Assembly (NCBI RefSeq): GCF_009914755.1
Contig: NC_060925.1
Direction: 5' to 3' (one strand)
Length of the DNA stretch: 64,000 nt
From: the human T2T-CHM13v2.0 reference genome, Homo sapiens
A model generated the notes under the pieces. That model made no database searches and was not told where the DNA came from. It saw nothing but the letters and a program-made list of their open reading frames with translations. The position numbers and the translations under genes are program-made. Below are positions 1 to 36,452 of this stretch, one piece after another; position 1 is the stretch's first letter; each line of letters starts with the position of its first letter.

Positions 1-76
1 GCTAGAGATAGGAAAGAGGAAACTATTAATTTATGCCAGGCATTGTGTTAAGAGCTAGGGATACAAAGCTGAATAA

Positions 77-4470
<4,394 letters not shown>

Positions 4471-4996
4471 GAATGGTTGTTTGGCAGTTAGTAACACCTT
4501 ACATAGCATCTAATTTAATATGCTTGTTTTCCAATGAATGGCCAGCCATTTCAATATATACTATCATTTTCTTCTTCTTTTAATTGTTTCCTTTTACAGT
4601 TTTATCATATGCTTTTATTGTATACTAAGTTTCCTTGTATAGTTAGGTGTATTTCTGGATCTTAGCCTCTCTTTTTAAAAAAATTTTAATTTAATTTTAT
4701 TTTTTTAAGACAGAGTCTCACTCTGTTACCCAGGCTGGAGTGCGGTGGCAGGATCCTAGCTCACTGCAGCCTCAAACTCCTTGGCTCAAGTGATCCTCCC
4801 ACCTTGGTGACCTGAGTAGCTGAGATTATAGGCGCATGTCTCTTTTGTTGATTCTTTTTGTCTATTTCTCCACCCATAACACACTGTTTTAGTTAATGTT
4901 TTGAAATACTATATTTCAAAATATAGTATATTTTGAAATCTAATGCTGAGAGTCTTCTGTTATTGGTTTTATTAACTAAAAAAATTATTCCTATAT

Positions 4997-5892
<896 letters not shown>

Positions 5893-6039
5893 GTATACAT
5901 TCGCATTTCCAGGCTAGTTTTAGAAAGAGCTTGTCAAGTTTCATAAAAAATCTCACCCCTCTGAGGTAACATGTTCTGATAAGTATCCTGCCGTATTCAC
6001 TACCATGTCATTGCAAACACAGGGCCACTTAAATAGAGG

Positions 6040-11655
<5,616 letters not shown>

Positions 11656-11660
<5 letters not shown>

Positions 11661-11902
11661 AGAAGAAAAGAAGGAGGAGGAGGAAGGAAGGAGAAGAAGA
11701 GGAAGAAGGAGAAGAAAGAAAAAGAGGAGGAGGAAGAATAAGGAGAAGGAAAAGAGGAAGAAGGAGGAGGAGGAGAAGAGGAAGAGGAGGAAGAGGCAGA
11801 AAAGAAAGAAATGAAGAAGAGGAAGAAGAGAAGAAGGAGAAGAAGAAGAAGAACAACAACAGCAACAACAACAACAACAACAACACCTCCACCACCACCA
11901 CC
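11656..11902 (+). repeat. Compound microsatellite: (GAA/GGA)n purine tract, then (AAC)n, then (CAC)n
   Basis: 198 nt with only three pyrimidines (11739, 11797, 11812), followed by AAC and CAC triplets; grows out of an Alu monomer tail. Confidence 0.95.
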
Positions 11903-12069
11903 TAGCACAGGGAAAGGAGACATCTCTGAGTAAGGTTCTAAAATACCATCTGGGTGAGGAGACAAGAGTGCCATGGCCTGGCCTGTTGGATTGGTTCACC
12001 ATGGTGTTCCTAGCCCTCCTGTGTGGTAATGTTCCTGTATTCCAGGTAGAGGTGACACATTTAACCTCC

Positions 12070-13566
12070 TGATATGGTTTGGATCTGTGTCTCCACCATA
12101 TCTCATGTTCAGTGGTAATCCCTAGTGTTGGAGGTGGGGCCTGGTGGGAGGCCGTAAAGGCATTTCAGAGACCTTTGCAGCAGCTCCTCCCATCACAGGC
12201 CCAGAGGCCTAGGAGGACTGAATGGTTTTGTGGGCCATGTCCAGGCTCCCCCTGCTCTGTGCTGCTCCCTGCATTCCAGCTGCTCCAGCTCCAGGCATGG
12301 CTCAAAGGGGCCCAGGTATAGCTTGGGCCACTGCTCCAGAGAGTGCAAACCTAAGCCTTGGCGGCTTCCATGTGGTGTTAAGCCTGAAGCTGTGCAGAGT
12401 GCAAGAGTTGAGGCCTGGGAGCCTCTGCCTAGATTTCAGAGGATGTATGGAGAAGACTGGGCTCCAGGCAGAAGCCTGCTACAGAGGCAGAACACTTATG
12501 GAGAACCTCTACTAGGGTCGGGTGGAGGGGAAATGTGGGGTTGGAGCCCCCACACAGAGTCCCCAGTGGGGCACTGCCTAGTAGAGCTGTGAGAAGAGGG
12601 CCACTGTCTTCCAGACCCCACAATGGTAGATCCACTGCCAGCTGGCACTCTGCACCTGGAAAAGCCACAGGCACTCAACACCAGCCCATGAGAGCAGTCA
12701 TGGGAGCTGAACCCTGCAAAACCACAGGGGCAGAGCCCAAGGCCTTGGAAGCCCATCCATAGCACCAGTGCGCCCTGGATTTGGGACATGGAGACAAAGG
12801 AGATTATTTTGGAGTATTAATATTTAACAACTGCCCTGCTGGGTTTTGGACTTGCATGGGGCCTGAAGCCCCTTTCATTTGGCTCATTTCTCCCTTTTGG
12901 CATAGGAGTATTTACCCAATGCCTATACCCCCATTGTATCTTGGGAGTAACTAACTTGTTTTTTATTTTACAGGCTCATAGGTGGAAGGGACTTGCTTTT
13001 TCTCAGATGAGACTTTGGACTTTGGACTTTTAAGTTAATGCTGGAATGAATTAAGACTTTGGGGATTATTGGAAAGGCATAATTGTATTTTGAAATGTGA
13101 GAAGGACATGAAATTTGGGGGGGGGCCAGCGGCAGAATGATATGGTTTGAAACTGTGTCCCCAACAAATCTCATGTCAAATTGTAATTCCCAGTGTTGGA
13201 GGTGGGGCCTGGTGGGAGATGACTGGATCATGGGGGGTGGGTTTCTCATGACTGGTTTGGCACCACCCCCCTTGGTACTATCCTTGAGACCGTGAGTGAG
13301 TTCTCCTGAGATCTGGTTGTTTAAAAGTGTGTGGCACCTCCCCCCTTGCTCTCTCTCTCTTGCTCCTACTCTGGCCGTGTGATGTTTGTGCTCCTCCTTC
13401 ACCATCTGCCATGATTGTAAGTTTCCTGAGGCCTCCTGAGAAGCCGGGCAGATGCCAGTGTCATGCTTCCTGTAGAGCCTGCAGAACCATGAGCCAATTA
13501 AACCTCTTTTCTTTATAAATTACCCAGTCTCAGGCATTTATAGCAATGCAAGAGCAGCCTGATAAA
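12070..13566 (+). mobile_element. MaLR (MSTA-like) LTR retrotransposon: truncated 5' LTR, partial internal region and full 3' LTR
   Basis: TGATATGGTTTG starts at 12070 and 13138; purine tract before 13138; ATTAAA at 13497-13502; 5-bp TSD CCTCC at 12065-12069 and 13567-13571; internal part resembles MST/THE1-int. Confidence 0.9.
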
Positions 13567-14007
13567 CCTCCCAACAGCTGCGTTCTCCCAGTCGTCTTGC
13601 CATCAGTGGAAATATATTACACTATACACAACAGGGATCCTGGGGTCTCCTGTGTGTGAGGGAGCATGTTACATTCTCTTGAGAGTGATGGGTGAGATTT
13701 TTAGGTTCATTAAAAGAAAGCATGGGTTAAAAAAAAACCAAAACTTTAGAAACACCGATTTACATTCTCTACCCCCAGGTCTCCTTGTGACGATCACCCC
13801 CAAAATTTTCAGATTTTGTCTGGCCATAAAATTGAGATTTGGGCATTATTAGCATCATGTTGGAATCACTGGTGTGAACTAGTTACCATAACCCCCACTG
13901 GAGGCCTCTTTAGCCCTTTCTTGTGCATGATACAAAGGGTAGGCAGAAGAAGAGACACAGGCCCTGGGCCCCCAAAGACAAGGCCATCTGAAGGACAGGG
14001 TTACGAG

Positions 14008-14013
14008 TTTATT
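14008..14013 (-). terminator. SELENBP1 polyadenylation signal AATAAA
   Basis: tttatt on the plus strand, about 215 nt after the stop codon. Confidence 0.85.
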
Positions 14014-14227
14014 TCTTGGTGCCTCCAAGAGCTCATGGAAAAGCAGCACAGTGAGCAACAAGCAACAGTGGTCAGTAAATGTATATGACTCAACACATTG
14101 CCACAGTCTCAGCTTGGCTGTGTGGTACATGCTGCCAAGGGTCGGGTGCCAAGAGAGAGCAGAATGAAGCCAGGTCCCCAAGGAAGTGAGGGCCCAAAAT
14201 AGGGAGTGTGGGTGATGAGGGTGGAGT

Positions 14228-22368
<8,141 letters not shown>

Positions 22369-22500
22369 GCTGCCGACTGGTACACTTTGATCCCGGCGGG
22401 TTTGCTGTGCTGGTGTCAGAGGCCGCTGTTCCGGGGAAGGAGCGAAGGGAGGGAATTTATACAACCAGCTGGGGGTGGGGCAGAGAAGGAGGAGGGCCCG
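22369..22500 (-). promoter_or_regulatory. SELENBP1 core promoter / 5' UTR with TATA box
   Basis: TATAAA on the minus strand at 22456-22461, a CACCC/GT-box (ggggtgggg) just upstream, and local CpG enrichment; the first ATG lies about 90 nt downstream. Confidence 0.75.
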
Positions 22501-22576
22501 GGCTGTAGCCCAGAGTAAACTACTCAGGGCAGCTGGCCAGGATACTCTCAAGTGGCCTAGGGCAACTGGTGTTTGA

Positions 22577-22930
<354 letters not shown>

Positions 22931-22944
22931 AGCTCGTGCTCTTT

Positions 22945-23157
22945 AGTGGGTGCCTGGGTGTGTGTGGATTTGTGTGTCTGGGCATGTGTGTGTTCCTGTA
23001 TACCTGCGTGTTGCTCGTGCACGTGCCTGCATGAGTGTGTATCTGTGCCTGTGTGTGAATTTCCACGTGTGTGAATGTGCCTGTGAGTGTGCTTGTGTGT
23101 ATTTGTGCGTGTGTGTGTGTGCGCGCCTCTGTATGTGCCTACCAGAGTATCTACGCC

Positions 23158-23188
<31 letters not shown>

Positions 23189-23325
23189 CTCTGTGAGTAT
23201 GTGCTTGCTAGAGTATCTACGCCTGTGTGGACATGTGCATAAGTGCTTGTGTATGTGTAGTGTGTGGCTATGTGGCTGTGCATGTGCTTGTGTAAGCCTG
23301 CGCACGTATGTGTTCCTGTGTCTCC
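22945..23325. repeat. Degenerate (TG)n tract with a perfect (GT)n core
   Basis: Alternating purine-pyrimidine sequence; uninterrupted GT run at about 23158-23183. Confidence 0.95.
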
Positions 23326-24235
23326 AAATGCTCGTCTTTGTATTTGGACCTGTCTCTTAGCATTTAGGGGCACCCGGGACTGTGGGCCCATCAGCCAGGG
23401 TCACTTCTTCCCTAAGATTGCCCTCTTATTCCAGATATTCATACTCTTTGGATAAAAGCTCTGGGGTGAAGTTTTTATTGGCTAGGAAAAAGAATAAAGT
23501 CTGGGCTTGAGATTGCAAGTAGAATACAGGGTTTCCAAACCAGAGTGGGGGAAGGGGAGCAAAATTGGGCCTTGGTGCATTGGGTGTCTGTCTTCCTGGC
23601 TCCCATCAGTGAGGGATCATGTGCCCATCAAGGAAGACTCCCTGTGGCTGCCCGGGGCAAGGGTCTTCTCTTATCCCCAGCGCCACTCAACCCCTCTTGG
23701 CTCCATCCTGCATCTATTATCCTCACCATTGTGCCATCAGCCTGCCAGGCATCAAAGAGAGTCTTGTGTGTGCAGCTGCCCCACGGGGAAGGCCCTGAAG
23801 GCTGCTTCCTTGTCTTTGCCAGCTTCCTCCTGTCCTGACTACCTCCACTCACCCTGCCTTCACCCTTCCCTCTGGCCCTCCCCTCTTCCTCCTCCTGAGG
23901 TCTCCATCTCCTGCCTCCTCTCTATTCTCCGGCTTCTTGGCTTGGGTTAGTCCACCACCCAAGATCTGAAAGAGAAAGAAACTTTATCCCCACCTTCTCA
24001 TAAAAAATTATTCAGTCATTAACTTAAAAAAAAAAGGCTGTTATTTTGTTTGTTGTGGTCTGTCATTGACTACCTCTTTCATGCTCCTGAGCTCTGACCT
24101 GGCTGGTCTCTGCAGCAACTCCATGGCACCCCTCACCTCTGCCTGTGGTTTTCTCCCTGAACTCTTGCTCTACAGCCAGCAGGTGGTTGGGGAAGTTATC
24201 CTAATCTGGGCTACAGAGGGAGGCAGTAAAGGTAG

Positions 24236-24466
<231 letters not shown>

Positions 24467-25228
24467 TAGAGATGGGGGGTCTCACTATGTTGCCCAGACT
24501 GGTCTCAGACTCTTGGGCTCAAGTGATCTGCCTTGGTCTCCCAAAGTTAATTTTGGATTTTTAAAAAAATAATAAGTACTGCTTTTGTAACTAAAAGCTC
24601 AAATAAATATATTAAAAGAAAAACTATAAGGAAGATGAAAGGAAGGATGGAAGGTCACATGCAGTGCAGGTGAGGGCCACAGTGAGGGCCCATGCTGGGG
24701 AGAAGGACTGGCCCCGGTCCCTTTTGAGCTACAGCTCTCCCAACCAGCTGCCTATCCTTCCCTCTGGAGCACCTCTTTTGAGCCAGATATGGTAGACAAA
24801 GTGGTGAACAGGGCAAAGTTGCTACCTTCATGGAGATGACTTTTTAGGGGAGATGACTGATAATCATGCAAATACACAAATAAATAAAATCACTTCAGAT
24901 AAGTGCTGTGAAGGAGTAGGGTAATGTAGGGGTGATGCAGCATTAGGTGGGTTTGCTTGGTATGTATGGGTACAGAATTATATGCAAACAAACAGTATAA
25001 AAGAACTAAAACAAACAAACCAAAAAGCACAAACGTGCACAAAATGCCTGTAAGGCATAAAGGTAGCAGCCTATGGAGGTCTGAGGCAGGACTGGCTGGA
25101 GAGGTTGGAGTTTTCACCAGCTAAGTAGAGTTTCAGAGCCCTGTTCTGCTCATTTCTCCTTATATTAACAGACCAACTCCATACCCTCAGGGATGTGTAG
25201 GAGATGTGAAGGGAGTAGCGTTTACTGA

Positions 25229-25465
<237 letters not shown>

Positions 25466-25787
25466 TGAGTAGCTGGGACTACAGGCGCATGCTACCACGC
25501 CCAGCTAATTTTTGTACTTTTTAATAGAGATGGGGTTTCACCATATGGCCAGGCTGGTCTCAAACTCCTGACCTTGTGATCTACCCGCATTGGCCTCCCA
25601 AAGTGCTGGGATTACAGGTGTGAGCCACCGTGTCTGGCCTGTAAATGCCTTTTTCTTCATCTTACATTCAGGAAACAGAGTTTTCCCAATTCACTCCGTT
25701 GCCCACACTTAATGCACTGTTTCTGAATGACAGTGAGTTCAAAGCCTGCTGCTCAGGGTAATAACATGGCTCAGAGAAGAGAAATAA

Positions 25788-25985
<198 letters not shown>

Positions 25986-26448
25986 TAGCCAGGATGGTCT
26001 CTATCTCCTGACCTCGTGATCTGCCTGCCTCGGCCTCCCAAAGTGCTGGGATTACAGGCGTGAGCCACCGCGCCCGGCTGAAATAATTTTTTTTAATGCC
26101 CTCTGCCAGGGCTGTCTATAAAAAGCATGATTTGAGAACCACTTGGAGGACTTTCTCCTCACTGCCAATCCACTCAGAAATATCCTCCCTTTGGCCTGCC
26201 ATTGATGCTTGAAACTTCACCAATAGCAGTTTATTTCTTTGTGTTACTACCAGATGGCCTCTTCTCACCTCCTGGCTACAGTGAATGTCTCTGGAGTGGT
26301 AACCCTTTAAGCTCCTAGTACTGCAGCGCCACTCAGTTTTATCAGAAGCCTGTGTCCCAGTGGGCAGCACTGAAGAGTGGCTGGGGGCCTATCATATCCA
26401 GGGAGATGCTAAGGTTGGGGACAGAATGTGTTTAAAAAGCAAATGTTA

Positions 26449-26685
<237 letters not shown>

Positions 26686-28532
26686 TCACTTGAGCCTGGG
26701 AGGTGGAAGCTGCAGCAAGCTGTGATCATGCCACTGCACTCCAGCCTGGGCGACAGAGGAGGCTCCATCTAAAAAAAAAAAAAAAAATTATAAGCCATTT
26801 TGTTTCAGTTATGCCTCCTAGCCTGTAGCCTCCCTCCACCCTGAATTTTTTTGAAACATTGCTTTAATGTTTCAGAATATATCTCTTTAAAATAGGAATT
26901 CTGAATTGGGTATGGTGGCTCACTCCTGTAATCCCAGCACTTTGAAAGGCTGAGGCAAGAGGATTGCTTGAGCCAGGGAGTTCAAGACCAGCCTGAGCAA
27001 CATAGGGAGACCCCGTCTCTATGAAAAAAAAATTACCTGTGGTCCCAGCTATTCAGGAGGCTGAGGTGGGAGGATCACTCAAGCCCAGGAGTTTGAGTCC
27101 AGACAGGACAACATAGCAAGACTCTCATCTCCTAAAAAAAAAAAAGGAAAGGAAAGGAAAAAGAACGGTCTGACTAGAACAGAAATTATGTATCTTGTTA
27201 CACATTTAATGCACAAGAAGAAAAGATGAGGTGGGTTTGAAAACCAATTATGCAGACTGGAAGAGGTAGCAGCAACTTTGGTTACAAGGACACAGGTGAC
27301 GCTTGCCATCACCAACACCCTCTCTCCAGCCTTTCTCCTGTGCCAAGCCTGGCTCCAGAAGAACTGAGACAAGAGCCATAAAATGGCTTTCATGCAATAA
27401 TCTCCACCTTTACGAGGCCCACTTGGCTAGCACCCATTCATTTAAGAGTCCTGAGAAGAAAGAATTACATCAGTCTTGGTTAATGGCCCAAATTAAGCCA
27501 TCAAACCCCTAATAAAGCTTCTATTTTGAACATGTTACAATACTTGAAATAAAATTTCCAAAGGAAAATAAAAGCCCTTCCATTTGGGGGCAGGAAGAAT
27601 CTTTGGTCCCTGGGGTCATATCCCTGAGTCACAGTTTCTCTACTAAGGCTCAGGACGGGCAGAAACAAATCCCCTTCTTTGCGGAGCCCAGGCCTCCACT
27701 TTCTCACCTCAGCACCTGAATGCTGCCTGAGAAGAAGTTAGGGGATCCTTCTCCCAGTGTCCCAGAAGGACAGGAGGCCAGAGACTTTGGGAGACATGGC
27801 CTCAGGTCTACATGGAATTGGGAGGAGGCCCGGGCAGGGGCTTCACTGCCCATCCTGGATCTGCTGTCTCTTTTGCATCATATCCACCCGGCTGGTTTCC
27901 TTTACAATCTCCTCAGGGTCACGTCCATGTGCAGGAATGCTAAAAGTGCTATGTGGGATATGGGAGCCCCAGATTTCCTTTCTCACCTTTTCAAAAGGTG
28001 CTCAGAAACCAAAGTTTAAAAAGGCTTAAACTGAAAATAATAGCTGTTCCCAATATACAGTAATCTTTAACAAATCAATTGGAAAAAGATAAATTACACA
28101 AAGAAAAACATTCCAAGGATATGAAAATACAATATAAATGGCTAATAACCATAAGAAAACATACCTGGTCTCATTAGCCATTAGAGAAATGCTGGTTAAA
28201 GCAACAAAAAGATATGATTTTCAAAAATAAAAAGATTGATAATATTCAGGATCAGAAGGAGTGTGGGGAAAAGGACCACTCCTGTATTCTACTGGCAAGA
28301 CTATAAAATAGTGGAACATTTTTAGAAGGAAATTTAGCAACATCTAGCAACATTTTAAATGGAAATCCACTTCTAGTGATCTACCTTATGGAAATCAATA
28401 AGTATATAAATATATAAATATAGGATGTTCATTGCAACAATGTTCTTAATAGTGAAAGGTTGGAAACAACCAATAGCAGAATGGTGAAATATATTATGGA
28501 ACATCCATAGTATGAAACACCAAGCACCTTAA

Positions 28533-28806
<274 letters not shown>

Positions 28807-29166
28807 TAGTAGAGATGGGGTTTCGCCATGTTGGCCAGGCTGGTCTTGATCTGCCTGCCTCAGCCTCTCAAAGTACTGGGATTACAGGTGTGAGCCACTG
28901 TGCCCAGCCTCATTTTAATTAAAACTACATAAAAATTAAGCTATATAGTTTTAACTAGTTAAATTTATATTTATTTATTTATTCATCCATCTATACGTTC
29001 ATAGAAAAGGATTTGGCTTATGATTGATGTCAGTATTTTGGGAGGCTGAGGCAGGCAGATTGCTTGAGCCCAGGGGTTTGTGACCAGCCTGGGCAACATA
29101 ATGAGACACCGTCTCTACAAAAAATTAAAACAATTTAGACCTGGCAGGCTCCTGTAGTCCTAGCTA

Positions 29167-29322
<156 letters not shown>

Positions 29323-29369
29323 TCACTCCTGTAATTCCAGGACTTGGGGAGGCCGAGGCGGGCGGATCA

Positions 29370-29620
<251 letters not shown>

Positions 29621-29995
29621 CTAAAGAAAAGGATTTGTAGAGATAAAGCTTCCCTTATCATGCCAAATGTAGCTAACAGTGGTTACCTCAAGAATTGGAT
29701 TACAGGGAGCAATTTTTATTTTTCACATTATGTATCAATCATATTTTTAAAATTTTATATTAAGTTTGAAATACATGTGTAAACAATTGAAACAGTGAAA
29801 GAATACAGTAACATTTTTGCCTATAAGATGGGCAAAAAATTTAAAGGTTAAAATCTTGTATTGGTGAGACTATGCGGCAAAGGGACCACTCATTTAGGAC
29901 TAATGAGAGTGTCAATTGGTGCCTTACTAACAAAAACAATTTGTCAATACCTCACAAAAGTTAAACTGTGCATACTGTTTTACCTAGGAATTTCA

Positions 29996-30714
<719 letters not shown>

Positions 30715-31984
30715 TAATAATAAAATAACAACAGCTATCATTTATTAAATACATGGTACTGTTCGAAGTACTTAGGGATAAAGAAAGAGAAATGAACCAC
30801 ATCCACCTCATATAAAAGCTTTCCATGTGCCAAGTACTTCTCTGAGCTATTTGCATGTTCTGCCTTTACTTATACAGGGTTTACAACATCCCTATGAAGT
30901 GGGTATTTTCATTATGTCCAATTTACAGATAAAGAAGTTACAGCATAGAAAGAGGAAGCAACTCATACAAAGTTACACAGCTAGTGAGTAGCAGAGCCCA
31001 GGATCTGAAGCCAGGCAGTAGCTTCAGGCTCTGGCCTGGGACCTCTATGCACATAAGTTCGCAGCCCCTTCAGACAGAATGCTTTTGTGTTTTGTTGCTT
31101 GGATGGCTGGCCAGCACATTCAGCCCTTTCTATATTGGGTGGGAGGCAAAAGGCCAGATACTCACCGTCCCAGGCCTTAGGCCTCCTTGCTGCTAGGAGC
31201 AAGCATGTGACTTGGTCTTGGACGCAGCCAGGTGTGCCCACCGGAGACTCCAACACAAGGAAGTAGGGAGTGGGTTCTGGTTGCTGCAGGGAAGGCTGGT
31301 GTGCGGGTGGGTCACCATGCTGCAGAACCTCCCAGGGTCCAGCGCAGCTGGTGGTGCCATGGCAGCACATAGAACTTGAGGGGTAGAGGCAGTGTCCTTT
31401 GATTGGGATCTAGGACAAGAAAGGGCTCTCTGGCTGCAACCACTTCTGCCACTGGGGCCTTATGATCGAGCAGATCCAGTGATGCTTGGTGAGTTGGGGT
31501 GATCCATGGGATGAGGCAGGCAAGAGGCAGAAGGAGAGTCCCCAGGGTGACCCCAAATGATTGAGCCCAGCCCACTTCAGCAAAGAACAGTTCTCTTGAA
31601 AAACAGCCTCTTCTGAGCTTCTGGGTCCCAAGAGAAACCAAACATGAGAGGATGGGACACCAGGTGGCCTTTGACTCAAGCCTCCTTATGAACTGGGGAT
31701 TATCTGATCCACCTAGCTAGCCCAGGAACCAAGCCCAGGAGCTCATCATCCTTAAGTAGAACTGGGTTGAGCCCGAAAGGAACCCTGAGAGTGAAGCTGC
31801 CAACAGCAGAGAGAAGCTGCGGAGTCGCCTGGCTAGCCCTGTCTTGCCAATACCCTCTCCCCTCAGTCCACCCTAAGAGCTTTAGAAGTTATACATGAAG
31901 ACTACAGAGAAGAAAAACATTCTAGGCTGGGTTACAGGTGGCTGGCTCTCCACTATACACCATCATCAGCCAGAAGTGGTCTAT

Positions 31985-32200
31985 TATTAAGAGATTAACA
32001 ACAAGAATTTTAGAACCAGACTGTGTGTGTGAATTCCACTTCCACCAGTTACTAGCTTTATGAATCTGGGCAAGTAATTTAACCTCTCTGTACCTCGGTT
32101 TCCTCATCTCTAAAAGAGAGAAAATAAAATATCTATTCCCCTCATAGGGTGTTTTGAAAATTGCATGATGATATACATAAAGCTCTTCGAAAAGCACCCA
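31985..32200 (+). mobile_element. MIR SINE
   Basis: GGGCAAGTAATTTAACCTCTCTGTACCTCGGTTTCCTCATCTCTAAAA core. Confidence 0.8.
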
Positions 32201-32370
32201 GAACCTAACATACGCTGTGTTGTTGTTGTTGCAGCAATACAGCCCTTCTGAGAAAGTTCTAGAGAGCTGTTGAACAACAGTGTGAAATACTTAACACTAC
32301 TGAGCTATACGTTTAAAAATGGTTAAGATGGTAAATTTAATGTTTTGTGTTTTTTTGTTTTGTTTTTTGA

Positions 32371-32583
<213 letters not shown>

Positions 32584-33179
32584 TGATCCACCCGCCTCGG
32601 CCTCCTAAAGTGCTGGGATTATAGGCATGAGCCACTGTGCCCGGCTGAAAATGTAAGTTTTTAAACATAGAATTTTCTAATTGTGATTTTCACTTTCAGG
32701 CTGGGTGTGGTGGCTGACTCCTGTAATCCCAGTGCTTTGGGATGCCAAGGCAGGGGGTCAGTTGAGGTCAGGAGTTTGAGACCAGCCTAGGCAACATAGA
32801 GAGACTGCATCTCTAAAAAAAAAAAAAAAAAAAATTAGCCAGCATGGTGGGGCACACCTGTAGTCCTAGCTATTTGGGAGGCTGGTGCATGGGATTCCTT
32901 GAGCTCAGGAGTTTGAGGTTACAGTGAGCTGATGGCGCCACTGCATGTCAGCCTGGGTGACAGAGCAAGACCCTGTCTCTGGAAGAAGAAAGGAAAGAAA
33001 ATGAGTGGTCTTTTTATTAAATTGCAGATAATTAGAAATGCCTCTTTATTAAAAAAATAATAATAAAGCTGTTTTGAAAGACGGCCTTCGAAGTTACTGT
33101 CATTGCATTGAACACGTTGCCTTGGAGGAGACGCAGCCTGAGGGTCTGCCCTGACTCATGAGCAGGGCCCATGCTTTGC

Positions 33180-34620
33180 TGGGTGGACAGACTTGGATAG
33201 AACAAAATCAAAGGGCTGGTGAAAGGGGGTTTGGGAAGAAGGCCTGTGAATGGACCTCACAGAAAGAGCCCAGAATGCAAGAATATTTGTGTCTAGTGTA
33301 GCCATTCAACCAGCAGGCCCTCTCCCTGGAGGATGCTCGTGACGATGGAGGGTGAGGCGAACCTGTTCTGTGGATGTCATTGTTTTCTCACTGATATTCC
33401 ATGAACAAAGAGGTTGTGGTGGCTAGAGCAGAGGCTGCACATGGCCTTGCCAGCATGGACCTCCTCTTTCTGAGTCAGGCCCAGTTGGAGCCACTGCTGA
33501 AGACACAGAAGCTACCACAACAGTCCACCACCTGGGGAAGGGTTGTTTCCACTACTGTCTGCCAACATGGAGGGAGCAGAAACGCATTCTCTTTAGAAGG
33601 CAGTTTCATATTTCTAGGTTTGGATTTGCGTTCTCTGACCCGATACTGCCACCACCACCATCTATAGACATCCTGGATGTCTCATACACTATCACAGTGC
33701 CCCACACTGAGTTACCACTTCTGACAAAGGGTCTCACTGTACAGTGAAAGACGGGTAATGATACCCAGCGTGTGACGAGTCCTGCAAGTGTTAACCCATC
33801 TTCACAGCAAACACATAGATCTAGGCACTATTATTAGCTCCATTTTACAGATAAGGAAACTAAGTCACAGAGAGGTTTCATAAATTGCCTGAAGTCAACT
33901 GTGAGTAGTGAGGTCCGTATTTGAACCCAGACACTATGGCTCAGAGTCCATGCTGTGAACCCATGGGAGTCATGGATCTTACCATGTACCTCATCCCTCA
34001 GAAGCAGCTGGCCTTAGGGAAGACTCAGTTATGGCAAAACCTTCTGAGGTTGGAGTGCTGGCCACAGAATGCAGTTTATGCCCTGAACCTGCAACCATTC
34101 TGCAGCAGCGTTTCTGTCTCAGCTGGAATTCATGATGGGCCCAGGATCAGAGAGGTAGAAGTGGAAGTAGGGCCTCTCGCTATTGCACCTGATGACCCAT
34201 TCACAACATTTTCACGTGCAGTCCCATGATGCTGAGCTCTGCTAGGTGGGAGGTTTGATGCCCCACAGAGATTAGCTTCCACAAAAATAAGCATTGAACT
34301 GGAAGCTGAGACAGCTACCTTGCTCTTCTGGGCTCCTTATGCCATCGAGTGAACAGGCAGAAAAGGAGAAGATGTGAGCTGTGGTGATCAATCCTGACAT
34401 CTTGATGATTTACAGGAAAAAGAGTTGCTGTTACACAGCAGGGCCAGGGAGGAGGATGGGAGGAACCCTCAGCAGCCCACAGGAATATCTTGTACCACCA
34501 TGTCCAATAGTTAAGGTTAACAGAAGATGAAAGCATGAGATAACCAAGACTTCAGGTCCTCTAGCAGCAAAGGCTTAGGTCACTCCACGAGGAAAGAACC
34601 CCAACCATCTTCAGTCCTGG
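33180..34620 (+). mobile_element. Degenerate ERVL internal region (RNase H/integrase/dUTPase fossil) interrupted by a MIR
   Basis: Translated remnants HEQ (33400), QHGPPL (33451), SDKGSHCTVK (33720), SYHVPH, NAVYALN, GPLAIAPDDP and NWKLRQLP..GLLMP (34297) follow the motif order of ERVL pol/dUTPase. Confidence 0.8.
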
Positions 34621-34629
34621 CTGTACTAA

Positions 34630-34865
34630 CATAGTGGTTAAGAGGCTGAGCTCTGGTACCAGACTGGCTGGGGTTCGAATCTGTGTGCTAACACTGCTGG
34701 CTGTGTGCCTTTCCTTACGTTAGTTTGCACATCTATAAAATCGAGATGATAATAATTAATATCTCAAATGGTAATTTTGAGAATTAAATGAGTTAATACT
34801 TGTAAAGCACTTAGAACATGTTCTGGCATGTAATAAGCACTCTATAAATGTTACCTATTATTAAG
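34630..34865 (+). mobile_element. MIR SINE
   Basis: AGTGGTTAAGAG A box, GGTTCGAATC B box, core ATCTATAAAATCGAGATGATAATA and tail TAAAGCACTTAGAACA. Confidence 0.85.
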
Positions 34866-34944
34866 TCAAAGGAATGAGAAGTAAAAGGGAACCAAGTCAT
34901 AAATACTAGCTACAGCCTCAGGATCAGTTGGGAAAATGAGACTA

Positions 34945-36452
<1,508 letters not shown>

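Noticed and set aside
27140-28020. Non-repeat block considered as a processed pseudogene or lncRNA exon
   Set aside because: No recognisable protein homology, poly(A)/TSD or convincing splice structure seen by eye; needs a database search.
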